64,000 bases of DNA, from NCBI GenBank assembly GCA_017654855.1, contig CM030332.1, forward strand, positions 3,286,001 to 3,350,000, given 5' to 3'. Numbering within the stretch: the first letter of the stretch is position 1; every line of letters begins with the position of its first letter. The DNA comes from Podospora anserina (Eukaryota). A program made the translations under genes and the position numbers. Below the pieces are notes generated by a model. The model saw only the letters and a program-made list of their open reading frames with translations. It made no database searches and had not been told where the DNA came from. This document shows positions 1 to 12,674 of this stretch, one piece after another.

Positions 1-68
1 TGACCTGTAGGTGAGGAGCTGCGTCCTTCTTCAGTGCTTCATCCTCCCCGCATCAGTCTCTATCAACA

Positions 69-572
69 ATGTCTGCGACAACAACAGAAACCACGACGGC
101 GTCGGCGCCAGCGACCACCGCAAGTAAGCCCTTGGGCATGCGCGTAAATGGTTTGTCGATTTCCCATCTCTCAGCCTCTTCTCGACGGCCAATCTAAATC
201 ACAATGCTGACAACAAGCACAGGCAAGCAATGGCATGCCCCAAAGAAGGCATTCCGCCCAACCAAGGGTTTGACCTCGTATGAGGCGCGCGTCAAGTTGA
301 GAGCGGACCAGGCAGCGATGAAGGCAAAGGAGAAGGAGATGAAGGAAGAAAAGGAGGCTGAGCGCAAGGTGGGCATCGCTCTACACAAACTCGGGATATG
401 TCGGCAGTCCAAGCTAACTCAACATCTGCAGGCACGAATGGAGGCCCTCAAGGCGAAGCGCGCGGCGAAGGAGGAGAAGGAACGATACGAAAAGATTGCC
501 GAGAAGATGCACAAGAAGCGGGTGGAGAGGCTGAAGCGCAAGGAGAAGCGCAACAAGTTGATCAATTCGTGA
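69..572 (+). CDS. CGR1: rRNA-processing protein Cgr1 (3 exons: 69-150, 223-368, 432-572)
   Basis: Spliced product MSATTT...[18 protein letters not shown]...[22 protein letters not shown] has the Cgr1 family motifs. Introns 151-222 and 369-431 are GT-AG with CTGAC/CTAAC branch sites. Confidence 0.92.
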
Positions 573-1222
573 TCGCGTTGATGAGCAAGATACCCTTTTG
601 ATTTATTCGATACCCCTACGCTACAATGTCGTCGATAACCTGGAAACGACATCGACACAACTGCTAAGGGGGGCTCTCGGACGTCCCTCACCAGCAACAA
701 ACGACGACACGGAACTGAAAAGGGCTGGATGAGGGGGTGGTCGGTCGTGAGGTCTACACTATCATCACATAGTGTGGGTAGGGATTTGCTTGGACGAAAA
801 TCTGGCAACCGTCCTCCAAACCCAAGACTGTCGTTGGACCTGCCCTCGGGTTGTGTTGTGCAGGCTGAGTTGCTCTAGGACATGGAAAGTCCCAGGGTTA
901 CTCGTCTTTGGATCCATGTATACGGCTCAACATAGACAGTGAGATGTTATGAGAATCTATTAAACCCAAAAAAGTCCACTGCCACCTAATGCATACCAAT
1001 CTGCCTTATATGAATGTGCTAGACTGCGAGGCGCCATCACATGCCGGTACGACACACAGCTGATCCCTTCCGTCAACCAACCAGGTTGTGCCCCACCCCG
1101 CCCAGACACCAAATGCAGCCACCACGGTGCTTTTGACTCCCGCCTAACTTCACAAGCTTGCATCGAAACCAGGGACTATCGTTGTGCGACGGCGGCCACC
1201 CAGCCCAATTAAACAGAGGACG

Positions 1223-2352
1223 ATGTCTCAATATGCCGTGGAGACGTCTAAAGTCCCCTCCCCGGGGCGCCCGCGCCACCAAATCACTCGCTCCATCTCC
1301 GAGATATCGTCGCCAATCCGTCTCCATCGTCACCACTCGCATCGCGTCATCCGAGAAAGGGAGCGCGACGCTCTCAGCCCCATAACACAGTCCGCGACGT
1401 CACTCCAACGGCCGTCACCGCAACCGTACGAGGTCTCTTCCAAATCTGCAGGAGGCACCCCGAACATTAGCCCAAACCCAAGTCGACGACCCAGTCTTCT
1501 CTACGCCTCAGCCGACGACGAAGGGATGCCCGCCAGTCATGGACCAACGCTTGTGTCGACGTCTGCGCCTGCCTCGATAACGAAGTCCTCGGCCGAGGTT
1601 GACTTGGTGAAGGAGCAGCAAAAGGCAGCTGTAAGAAACAGGTTGGTTTTCCTTTTCGCCTTTTGCCATCCGCTTTCTCACACATACGACTAACCGCTGC
1701 TCAACACTCTCCCAGTGGACTCCAACGATCACTTAACGAACTAGAAACCTTTGCGAGTACGATTACTAGGCGCCTCGACGAGACGTACTATTCGGTGGAG
1801 GAGAAGCTGGGGACGCTTCAAAGCACGATTGCGGCCCTCAAGGGGCTCGCGGAGCTCTCCAACCAGCTCAACAACAGCTTCAGCGCCGAGGCCGAAGAAC
1901 TCGTGGCGGATGTCACCTCGCAGCTGGATGCGCTCGGTAACTTTGAGGACCAGCAGCAGCGTATCGAGTCGTTACAGAATCGCATCAGCACAGGCCGGGA
2001 GAGCATCAAGTCGTTGAGCGAGCGCGTTGATGTAGTCCGAGCACGTATCGAGGGCTGGGAGCGCGCAGACAGGGAGTGGCGGGAGGCTGTTAGGAAACGG
2101 CTCACGGCTCTGTGGGTGGTTGTTGTCACGGTTGGCCTGGTGTTGATTTTGCTCATGATCAGTGCCCAATATGTCCGGGAGAAGCCTGGGGATGGGGAGG
2201 TGAAGCAGCTGGCGGCCACGGCGGCGAACCAGTGGGGTTCGGAGGATGTTTCTACAGCTGCTCAAAAGGATAAGATTGGTTTGAATTGGACGGAAACGTC
2301 TGAGCTCTCATCTCGCGCAACCGAGATGCTGCGAGCTTTTGATGAGCTGTAG
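1223..2352 (+). CDS. Hypothetical fungal protein: S/P-rich N-terminus, coiled coil, single TM helix, C-terminal FDEL
   Basis: Exon 1223-1641, intron 1642-1715 (GTTGGT..GACTAAC..CAG) and exon 1716-2352 join two ORF-track ORFs in frame. Heptad-like region precedes hydrophobic LTALWVVVVTVGLVLILLMISA. Confidence 0.8.
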
Positions 2353-3102
2353 GGACGGGAAAGGGGGGTTGAAAAAGGAGTACAGCATGCATGTCTTTGA
2401 TTTGGTCATTTGAGCTTCTATTTTTGCATTGATACCCAAGCTTACCTGGTAACAGAAGCAGTCCTGCCTTATTACATACAGTTTCCCGTTCAAGGTACAT
2501 ATCAAGAGGTTCTTGAAGCCTAGTTTCTACCCAGCTATGTCGACCTGCCTTGAAGCAACCATATCGGATATCGGCAGTTGGGACAAGCGAGCTCCAACCT
2601 TACCAGGATATGACTCCCCACCATAGTGAGGCCTCTCACTTATATAGCTCCACAGTTGGATCGGATTTCGGAACAGGCAGTTTCGACTTGAACTTCTGTT
2701 TGAAATCTGCAGTGGATCATGGAATGAGTAAGCCAAGATTGGAAGTTGAAGAAACGCGCGGCCAAGGTTGCTTGGAAAGTAGAAAAGCGGCGCAGAGTTG
2801 CCGGCCGCACAGCATTTTTCTGTTGGGCGCTTGTAGTCTGGGCCCTGAATGTTGCAAAGCCCAGCGGGGACGTCATCACGGGTCGACTTGGCGGCACCCG
2901 CGCCACCAGACCACATGCGTCATCGGTCGCACTGGCGGGGTGTTTAGAGTGCCAAGCCTCACCTGGGAGGGAGAGCTTCTTGTGCGACAGAATGCGAGAA
3001 ATGTACTTTTCGGGCCTTGGATGCCGGCTTGTGTTGTGATTCGGTTGGTGATTCCAAGAGATTTGTGTCCTTGCTGCTTTGCCAAGTGTTGCTGAGCCTT
3101 GT

Positions 3103-3126
3103 TGCTGCTGCTGCTGCTGCTGCTGC
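3103..3126. repeat. (GCT)n microsatellite
   Basis: gctgctgctgctgctgctgctgc run. Confidence 0.85.
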
Positions 3127-3951
3127 CGCGTGCTTTCCAAGGTTGATGTGGTGGTTGGTCAGTGGTCATCTTGAAATATTTCCATCACCGGACCCCTGGG
3201 GGGAAGTAGGCGCTTGGTGAATGCTGGTTGCATGTGTCAGTCTCCATTAAAAAAGTATCCGTTTGCTCCGTACCTACATATTTTACTATACATTGGACCC
3301 CTTCTTCTTCCATTCATTCCTACGCCATTGAACGAGCGAGCCGGCCGAGTATCCGAGAGACGAACGGGCTTTTTGTGTTTGCTGCTTATCATACTTTTTA
3401 TTTTGAAAAGACATATAGGTTCCCCTTGCTACTACCTATTGCTGTTCCGTCAGCTGAGGCCTGTTCATTCGGAAACTGTTGGCCTGCTCCTTCTTCCACA
3501 AGCCAACCAGCCAGCCAGCTAGCCAGCCACCTACGCTCGTCGACCGAACAAAAACCGAAAGCGAACGTTTGTTGTGCGCGCCGCATACGTACCGCCGTTT
3601 CTTTCACACACGGCCGTGCTGAACGCCATTTTTGGGACCTGTCATTTCTGTTGGGCAAAGACTGTGTTGTGTACCAAGAGAATTCCAAGAGCTAAGTGGA
3701 ATCTTGAGTGTGTACGACACTTACCCCGCCATAATTCATCACACAACACACAGAGAGACGACCCCCTGTTCAGCACAACGCGGGCGGTTCCAGGTCCTCA
3801 TAGAAAGAAAGAAAGGCTTACCTTCTTTTCTTGCACTCCATTGCTGGGCATCTTGTTCTTCTTGATCGAACCTTTTCGAACGCGCGCGAAACAATAGACG
3901 GGAATATTTGGAGGTGCTAGCTAAAGGGAGGTTTCTGTGGTTGCTGTTGCA

Positions 3952-6900
3952 ATGGCTTCTTCCACGGAGGATGCAACAAACAAGGGGACGACGAATGGGC
4001 ATGCGGTTCGCCCTGGGGGGGAGGAGAAGAAGAAGGAGACTACACTTGCTGTGAGGACTTCGGGGACTGCTGTTGCGTCGTCTGGGCCACCGTCGCCTGC
4101 GCATACTTTGACGGGGAAGCAGGAGCATTGTGAGTTTTTGTTGTTGTGATGTTCTTCACCTCGAAAGCATGAACTAACATTGGGATTCTTTTCTTCTCTG
4201 TGCAGACCTCAAACGCGAACTTATTTCCCAGCAAGTACAATGGGAAGTCTCGGAGCTCAACTCGCCGACGGCGCTGAGGCGATTCGGGGCGCCGTTCAAG
4301 TCGCCGTTTGGGGAGGTGTCGCCGCTGGATTCGGAGCTGCCGATTCTGAGATATATCTTTGTGCACCACATTCGGGAGTTTCCGTTTTTGGACAAGGCGA
4401 GGGAGAAGGAGTTTTGGCAGGATAAGTTACAAGTGGTGAGCGACGGCCTTTCTGGGGATGCTGGTGATTGTCTTGTAGAGGGGAAGCTGACTTGTGACGG
4501 GTAATAGTTTCTCGAATCGTTCGCCAGCAAGGGGATTTCCTCCTCGGAAGACAGATTAGAAGAGACCAAGAGGAGGAAGCTTGCTGTGAAGGCGAAGAAG
4601 ATGGTGGAGTTGATGATGGTGTCTGGCGTGCCGACTTCTTCCGGGTTTGAGGAGAGGATTCGGTTCTCGGAGTTGGAGATTGTCGATGCTAATGCGATTG
4701 AGACGGGTGTTCTGTCGTCGATGCCCGAGGGTAACTACCTGAACGGGTGGGATGTCAATATTGCTGGGGTCAGGATAACGACGGCCCGGAGGAATATCAG
4801 ACAACACAAGCATGCCGTGGGTTTCCTCTGGTTGGCGTGGGTTCACTTTCGGGTGGTTCATCGAGTGCTAATGAGGGTGAAAAACAGGAATTCCTGCTTC
4901 GAGTCAAGCGCAAGGGCGGGATGGAGCAGTACATTGGCCGGAGATACGGGGACTTTGCCAAGCTGCACAAGAACCTGAGAACTGAGCTGCCTGGAAAGGT
5001 GCTGCCTACGCTGCCGAACAAGAACAAATCCAATACGACGACCACGACGGATAGTGTCAGTGGAGACAAGGACTCGGAGGCTTCTTCGATCTCGTCGGTG
5101 TCGACGCAGTTGCCGCCAAGTAGCCCGGCGAGGGATAGCTTTAGTCACCAAAGCGAGACGGGTTCGAGACTGCTTTCGGTAAAAGGTTCGTCTCTACCAC
5201 GATTGAGTTCACGACGGAACAGCGCGTTAACGACGTTCCTGATAGATCAACGGAGTGGAAGGCTTTCGCCGAGGGTTTCGGTGGATGGGAGACCCAGTAG
5301 CCCTGGTGGGTTTTCGGGCTCGAGGAAAGAAGAGGTGAGTTTCCGTTGAGACTGGGCAGCACAGGGACCAGGACTAAAGCATGATAGAACGTCGTATTGT
5401 GGCGGGAAAACCAGAGAGTGTCGCTGCGTGCGTTCTTGCGCTCGCTGCTTCAGAACCCACAAATAGCGACTACCAAGTCCATTGAGGAGTTCCTCACAGG
5501 TGAAGCTACCAAGCTTACGGATGCGGATGTTGAGGATATCATCCGTCGCAAGAACTTGGACAAGAAGCGGGTGGAGGAACAGAAGCGCTTCTATGAGATT
5601 GCGAGGAAACGGGCGGCCGAGTTGGATGTTTACATGGAACAGTAAGCTTGCCGTGAGACGCCGCCAGGAGGGAAGCTAACTTTATAAAGATTCCGGCAAG
5701 ACATTGTCGAACGCAATGGCCTAACGATGCTGTTCAAGGAGATCAAGGACAAGGAGACGATTCAAGACCTCAGCTTACAATATCAGAAATTTGCCGAATG
5801 GCTACGCATCGAAGTCGCGGCTACGATATATCACCTCTTCCTCGCCGAAGACAACTCACCAGAGTTGTTTGCCCAAGCGAAGAGGATTCACTCTCTGATT
5901 CCCTACACTCTCATGAAGAACGCCATCCGGATAGCCAACCCAGCAGCCGTCATGTCCCACATTCTGGACATCTTCCTCGCCCAACCCTTTGGCGCCCGGT
6001 CGTTGATGCAAAGGATATTCTCCCTCACGTTGAACGACGGCATCCGAAACTTTCAGCGCTCTATCGACGCGCTCGCAGCCAAGATCAACGACCAAGTCTT
6101 TGTTGACAAGCTCAAGGCTTACAGCGACTCGGAGGAGCAGGTCAAGGTGGCCATCCGGGAAGAGGCCGAGGCAGAGCAGATTGATGTCATAGTGGTGATT
6201 TTGAGGAGTGACTTGCTCAAGCCGGCGCTGAAGCCGGCCCAGATTGAGAGGCTGTATAATGCGTATGTGGCGTTCAACAGCGCGGTGGAGAACGTGGACG
6301 AGGAGCTGAAGCAGGGGGCGCAGCTGTTTTCGTATCTGAAGCAGTTGCTGAAGCTGCACATGCGGCAGAGGGACAAGGCGATGATGCTGAACCTGATTGA
6401 GGAGCCGGTGACGCTGCAGCTGTTTAGGGATTTGTTTACGATCTTTTACGAGCCGCTTGTGAGGGTGTACAAGTCGGCGAATGTGTATAACAGTGTGACG
6501 GATTTTGCGGCGTTTGTGGATGATTTGATTCAAGTAAGTTTCATTGCTGTTGCTGATGATGATGATGATGATGAAGAGGAGATGGCTGACAGTTGGAAAC
6601 AGGTCGTTGAAAAGTGCCGAGACCAAGACGCTTCTGCAGACCCTAACCAGACCGTGCAAGCCTTCATCGACCTTTGCCAGCGGCATGAGCACAACTTTTA
6701 CAAGTTTGTCCACGAGGTTCACACGCACGACAATGGGCTTTTCACGCAGCTGATGGGGTGGATTGAGGGCATTCTGGAGTTTTTGAGGCATGGCCCCAAG
6801 AACGGCAGTCTGGATATCAACGCCTTGTTTGAAGGGGGTGTCAGCACTGGAGTTGTCGACAAGGACAAGGCCATTGAGGAGATTGACAAGTTGATTGCCT

Positions 6901-7250
6901 GGCAGGAGGCCAGAAAGAAGTGGCATCACGACAAGACTAGGCAGAAGATGGCTGCGGAAGGGGGTGGCCCGGGGATGGTGGATGGGGTGCCGATGGCGTT
7001 CAAATCGAGTGATTTTGGGTTGAATGAGGATGATTTGGAGGATATGGCGTATGATGACGATTCGGAGTCGGAGGCGGAGCTGGAGATTGAGGATGAGATG
7101 GATCCGATTGAGGCGGAGAGGAGGAGGAGGGCGAGGAGGCAGGATCGGCTGAGGAGGAATGCCGGGGAGCCGGAGAAGCCTCAGGTGGAGGAGGTGCACA
7201 AGCTGAAGGAGAACTTTTTGGTGATGTTGAGGATGGTGCTTGCTGAGTAG
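3952..7250 (+). CDS. PX-domain protein, YPR097W/Lec1-like (PXB + PX + DUF3818-type), 8 exons
   Basis: LTGKQEHYLKRELISQQV N-terminus, RRYGDFAKLHKNLRTELPGK PX motif, ENQRVSLRAFLRSLL, and C-terminal IHSLIPY/DLFLAQPFG/FVHEVH. GT-AG introns at approx. 4130-4205, 4436-4508, 4817-4887, 5184-5244, 5335-5387, 5643-5689, 6534-6602. Confidence 0.85.
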
Positions 7251-8173
7251 GATGAGGCGGTGGCATTTTTGGGGAGGAGGGGGGTGGGCATGTGTAGTTG
7301 GGGGCACGGGACTTGGGAGGGGAGGTGTCATCATGGGCATCTGGACTGGTTTTTGGGGGGGTATGAGGTGAGGTGGAGTATTTAGAGGGGTGATAGATGG
7401 GATCTTTGCTACAGTGTTAAGAGGCTTGTTGTTGAGGGTAAGGTAATAGGAGGGTAAAGGGGGATACATTCTTTCCTATTTATCTCCATGTAGTTGAAGA
7501 AGCGATAGCTTTTTGGTGGCGTTGGTGGGGGACGGCGGTCGTCCCAATCTAATAGATCAGTTTAATATATTGTTTACTGTTGACTGTCATTGCACCAGGT
7601 AACGGTGCCAACCCCTGAATTATAAATCCGAGGCTCCCTATAGGCAGTTGTAGCATGCATGTCACCCAACGGCCGGGCAGGGCGCCGGGCTACTTTTGCT
7701 TGTATTCATGTCACTACAAGCCGAGGATGTCCGCCGTCCGAAGAGCGGCTTGGTAGACCCGCACATGCTTTTCCCGGTTTCTGTATCCGGTGAGAGCTTG
7801 AAGCGTGGCAAAGAGGACAGCAGCACGAGACACATATGGGAGTTACACCACGTGTGTGATATGCAGGTGATCCAAATTCGGACAGGACAGACACACGGCC
7901 AGACACAACCAGTGACGGAAGCAGAACAGGGCGATGGAGGGCATCTTTCGGGATTCTTCAAGATCTCAAGGCTGCCTGGGGTCTGAAAGAGAGTTGCGCG
8001 ATGGTCGCAAGGAAATTCGGAATCAGGCCGACCAGCTGGTGGATGAAGGCGAAAGCTAAACACACAATTGGCCACTGGTTGGTTCTGCCAGCCGCCAGGC
8101 GGGGGGACGTCAGCCCAGGAATTATGGAGGGGCACTGCGGAACTGGTTGCTGGGTTTGGTGTCGGCAACTCGG

Positions 8174-8195
8174 GTAATCAACAGGCGCTGATTGG
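8174..8195 (-). promoter_or_regulatory. Candidate CCAAT-binding complex:HapX bipartite site (CCAAT-N12-ATTAC) upstream of SDH1
   Basis: Minus strand reads CCAAT cagcgcctgttg ATTAC, about 230 bp upstream of the SDH1 ATG. Confidence 0.55.
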
Positions 8196-8426
8196 TCGAT
8201 CGAGGCTGGAACAGCCTTTGGTGCTTCGGGTCGTGGAATCATCGAAGGAGCCAGCCGGGAGCGAAGCTGCTTGCTTTGCCTGTGCGCAGGACCGGTCTGT
8301 GCATGTCGTCCATTTGAAAGAAGCTCAAATATTTTGAAGCATTTCAAGAGGAACACGACTTCTCCCCTCCCTCTGTTATACCCCCCCGCACCCACCCCCC
8401 CCTCTCCTCTCTTTTTTTAGACGACG

Positions 8427-10892
8427 ATGGCATCCTCAATGGCTTGGAGAAGGTTAGCCGCTGCGCCGGCGGTGAGTTTTGCCTTTTTGTTTGCTGAAAG
8501 AGAAGAAGCTGTTGTTTGTTTGCATTCGGCAATTGGGGGGTTGTGTTAAGGCGCAAGCCCGTGAATGCCGAGGTGATTTGGAAAAAGTTGGACTGACGAC
8601 GGTCGGGAATAGCTTCCTCGCGCTCTCAGAACTCCTACACAGAGGGCTTTTTCCACAACTAGACCAGCCGGTGAGTCAGCTGTCTTTATATACACCGTTA
8701 TATTGCATTTTTGGCAATTTGCGAAACACCAGATGGACTGACTCTCGCAGCCCGCGTTATCGCCAACGGGCCCCTCCGGGCGAAGGAGGCATCGCCATTC
8801 GTGAGCAGCAAGTACCCTGTCATCGTATGTTCTTCCCTCCCGTCGAACACAACCTCCTCCTCCCCCCTATTACCCCTTGAGAGATCGATTCCCGGCTTTT
8901 GGAGGTGGAAGCGGGGGGAAAGGAAGGGGGGAGACCCAAGAGCTAGTAATGAGGGAACACGGCCAGTTGACACATTGAACGCTTTCTTTGCTTGTAGGAC
9001 CATGAGTACGATGCGATCGTTGTTGGTGCCGGTGGTGCCGGTCTCCGTGCCGCCTTCGGTCTCGCTGAGGCCGGCTTCAACACTGCCTGCATTTCCAAGC
9101 TCTTCCCCACGAGAAGTCACACAGTCGCTGCCCAGGGTGGCATCAACGCCGCCCTCGGCAACATGCACAAGGACGACTGGAGATGGCACATGTACGACAC
9201 AGTGAAGGGCTCCGACTGGCTCGGTGACCAGGACGCTATTCATTACATGACCCGCGAGGCTCCCGCTTCTATCATCGAGCTTGAGAACTATGGCTGCCCC
9301 TTCTCCAGAACCGAGGACGGCAAGATGTGAGTAGACTTCAAGAGGCAGAATGGAGATGGCCAAGAAGCTGACATGTCAACTCAACAACAGTTACCAGCGT
9401 GCTTTCGGTGGTCAGTCTAAGGAGTACGGCAAAGGCGGCCAGGCTTACCGTTGCTGCGCTGCTGCCGATCGTACCGGTCACGCTCTTCTCCACACTCTCT
9501 ACGGCCAGTCTCTCCGTCACAACACCAACTACTTCATCGAGTACTTCGCCATCGACCTGATCATGCAGGATGGTGAGTGTCGCGGTGTTCTCGCCTACAA
9601 CCAGGAGGATGGTACCCTCCACCGCTTCCTCGCCAACAACACCGTTCTCGCCACCGGCGGTTACGGCCGCGCCTACTTCTCTTGCACTTCGGCCCACACC
9701 TGCACCGGTGACGGTATGGCCATGGTTGCCCGTGCCGGTCTCCCCAACCAGGATCTCGAGTTTGTCCAGTTCCACCCTACCGGTATCTATGGTGCCGGCT
9801 GCCTGATCACTGAGGGTGCTCGTGGTGAGGGTGGCTACCTCCTCAACTCCGAGGGTGAGCGTTTCATGGAGAGATATGCCCCTACCGCCAAGGATCTTGC
9901 CTCTCGTGACGTCGTCTCCCGCTCCATGACCATGGAGATCCGTGACGGCCGTGGCGTCGGTGCCGAGAAGGACCACATCTACCTCCAGCTCAGCCACCTT
10001 CCCGCCGAGATTCTTGCCGAGCGTCTCCCCGGTATCTCTGAGACGGCCGGCATTTTCGCCGGTGTCGATGTCCGCAAGCAGCCCATCCCCGTCCTTCCCA
10101 CCGTCCACTACAACATGGGTGGTATCCCCACTCGCTACACTGGTGAGGTTCTTACCGTCGACGAGTCTGGCAACGACAAGGTCGTTCCCGGTCTCTTCGC
10201 GTGCGGTGAGGCTGCTTGCGTGTCTGTCCACGGTGCTAACCGTCTGGGTGCCAACTCTCTCCTCGACTTGGTCGTTTTCGGCCGCGCCGTTGCCCACACC
10301 ATCCGTGACAACTTCACCCCCGGCGCCAAGTTGAAGCCCGTTGAGGCTGATGCCGGTGCCGCCGAGATTGAGATGCTCGACAAGATCCGCACTGCTGACG
10401 GCCCCAAGAGCACCGCCGAGATCCGTCTTGCCATGCAGAAGACCATGCAGCGCGACGTCTCCGTCTTCCGCACCCAGGAGTCCCTTGACGAGGGTGTTGA
10501 GAAGATCAACCAGGTCGACCAGACCTTCTCCCAGGTCGGCATCAAGGACCGCAGCATGATCTGGAACTCTGACCTTGTTGAGACCCTTGAGCTCCGCAAC
10601 CTGCTCACTTGCGCGTACGTATTTTCTGAGGGATTGAAGCAGAGAAAAAACATAGGCTAACGATTGACTCTACAGTGTCCAAACCGCCACCGCCGCCGCC
10701 AACCGCAAGGAGTCTCGTGGCGCCCACGCCCGCGAGGACTACCCCGACCGTGACGACGAGAACTGGATGAAGCACACCCTCACCTGGCAGAAGCCCCACG
10801 GCAAGGTCGACCTCAAGTACCGCCGTGTTATTGGCACCACCCTCGACGAGAACGAGTGCAAGCCCGTTCCTCCTTTCAAGCGTGTCTACTAA
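8427..10892 (+). CDS. SDH1: Succinate dehydrogenase flavoprotein subunit (6 exons)
   Basis: Mitochondrial presequence [21 protein letters not shown].., FAD motifs [31 protein letters not shown], and C-terminal PPFKRVY*. Introns 8472-8612, 8670-8750, 8825-8997, 9327-9390, 10615-10675. Confidence 0.97.
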
Positions 10893-11054
10893 AATAGGAA
10901 AAAAAGGCTCGCGGTGGGATGATGAGTTTGGGGTTGCTGCTTTTAATATTTTTATATACCAATTGTGAGGGATGAGAGAGTGATGAGGTGTGTTTGTTTG
11001 CCCGGGTTGTGGGGAGGAGGAGGGTTTTTACCTAGTTTTAGTAGTTTGGCATAA

Positions 11055-11079
11055 CACACACACACACACACACACACAC
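11055..11079. repeat. (CA)n microsatellite
   Basis: Uninterrupted CA run in the SDH1 3' region. Confidence 0.9.
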
Positions 11080-11806
11080 TACAACAGCATGAAAGCACGG
11101 CGTCGAGGTCTTGGGAAAACGGGAAATTAGGAGGGGGGGGAAGAAAGAAAGAAAACTGATCGGGTTGAGGGGAAGGTTGAGATGGAAGTAAAGGGGTTGA
11201 GGGGAACATGAGAAGATGAGAGGAGGAGGGGGGAATGCCCCAGAGGAATTGAAACGATACACACTCGCACATTTAAACAAAACATTTTCTTTTTGTAGTT
11301 GTTTGTGTTCGATTGTTTGTTTGTTTGCTGTTGCCCCTTGTTTTTTTTTTATATAGAAATTGGGGCGGCTGTGGCGAGGAGTGGTGAGAGAGGGTGGTAT
11401 GAATAGTTGTGTAAAAAAAATTGTTCCGTTTTAGTGTAAGTTTGTATATTGGTCCGGGAGATGGTGGATGGATGGTGTTGAATACAATGTTTTGTGAAAT
11501 GTTTTTTTTTGTCTTGTTGTTTGCTCATGTCTTGACGGCAACGAAGAAATACATGTTGGATTTACGACTCCTTTGTGGACTGTGTTGTAGGCAAGTGCGG
11601 GCAAGAGGAGAGTAGGTGGAAGAAGAGGCCCCTATTCGAACCCCCTCGAACGTCTCACTCGAGCAGACAGCTCCAACCACCATAACTCTGAACCTGACAA
11701 GAAACAAACAAAATATCAAGCCGCCCGCCCCAGTGGAGTTCAATTAAAAGGCGGAAATAGGATGTGAAAAAAAGAAAAAAAAAGTCAAAAGTAAAGAAGG
11801 ATTTTG

Positions 11807-11924
11807 GGGGCCACCCGGGGATTGAACCCGGGACCTCTCGCAATTTTTTTTTGTCGACTACCAAAGCAATCAACAAACTCAGGGTGGACCCTAAGCGAGA
11901 ATCATACCACTAGACCAGCGGCCC
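11807..11924 (-). tRNA. tRNA-Pro(AGG) with 46-nt intron (11843-11888)
   Basis: Minus strand GGGCCGCTGGTCTAGTGGTATGATTCTCGCTTAGGG-[intron]-TGCGAGAGGTCCCGGGTTCAATCCCCGGGTGGCCCC gives a 72-nt cloverleaf with A and B boxes and T-tracts downstream. Confidence 0.95.
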
Positions 11925-12034
11925 TTTTTTTTCTTTCTTTTTTTTTTCTTTTTTTTTTGGAATTGATGTTCTTTTTTTCGAAAGGGCGGAGGTAGAGGAT
12001 ATGATTCGAGCGCCACTTACGGAGTACCCATCCA

Positions 12035-12084
12035 GCAAACAGCATGGCAAACAGCATGGCAAACAGCATGGCAAACAGCATGGC
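12035..12084. repeat. 12-bp tandem repeat (GCAAACAGCATG)x4
   Basis: Four perfect copies about 110 bp upstream of the tRNA-Pro 5' end. Confidence 0.9.
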
Positions 12085-12674
12085 CATTATTGTTGCCTTC
12101 TGAAAAAAGGGGGGTCGAGTTTTGGGGGTGGGGGGAGCAGAGGGTGTCCCTCGGCATCAAGTGAAACAGTCTTGGGTGAGTGAGGTTAACGAAGAAAATT
12201 GACTGGAAAATGATCACTACTGCTTGCTTGAAACACCCCCAAGAAAGAAGTGAGAGTGTAGTTTCTTGAATCAGATTTAGGGGCATCAAGCCAGTAAGTT
12301 TGTCTCAACTCAAAAAACTATACATGTCAAAAAGGGACAACTCAACGGCCAAACCTGGATTTCCATCACTAACCCCCGAGAAATACACCCCCATTTTTGA
12401 CCTTAATCATCCATTCACACCATTTCTATCTCTCTCTACCTGTAGAAAAAAAAAGTGTTGAACTTTCGCTCCTTTTCCTTTTTAACCCCCCTTTTTTTAC
12501 AATCAAAAGCCCTATCCATCTTCCCAATCCCACCCACCCAGTGTCCTTTAAACCCATTTATATTTATTCTTCATTTTTCACACATCAGAACCAGACGGCA
12601 TGTCCGGGGGTATCGTTCATTATTGAGTTTCTCATCTCTTTTTTTTTTATTACTTCATTGTCATCATCGCACTC

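Noticed and set aside
884-900. GGAAAGTCCC (RNase MRP/P CR-I-like); similar GGAAATTCGG near 8011
   Set aside because: No matching CR-V segment to form P4 within the expected distance.
12035-12084. Tandem repeats (here and 30399-30464) as CRISPR-like arrays
   Set aside because: Head-to-tail repeats without spacers in a eukaryotic genome, and no cas genes.
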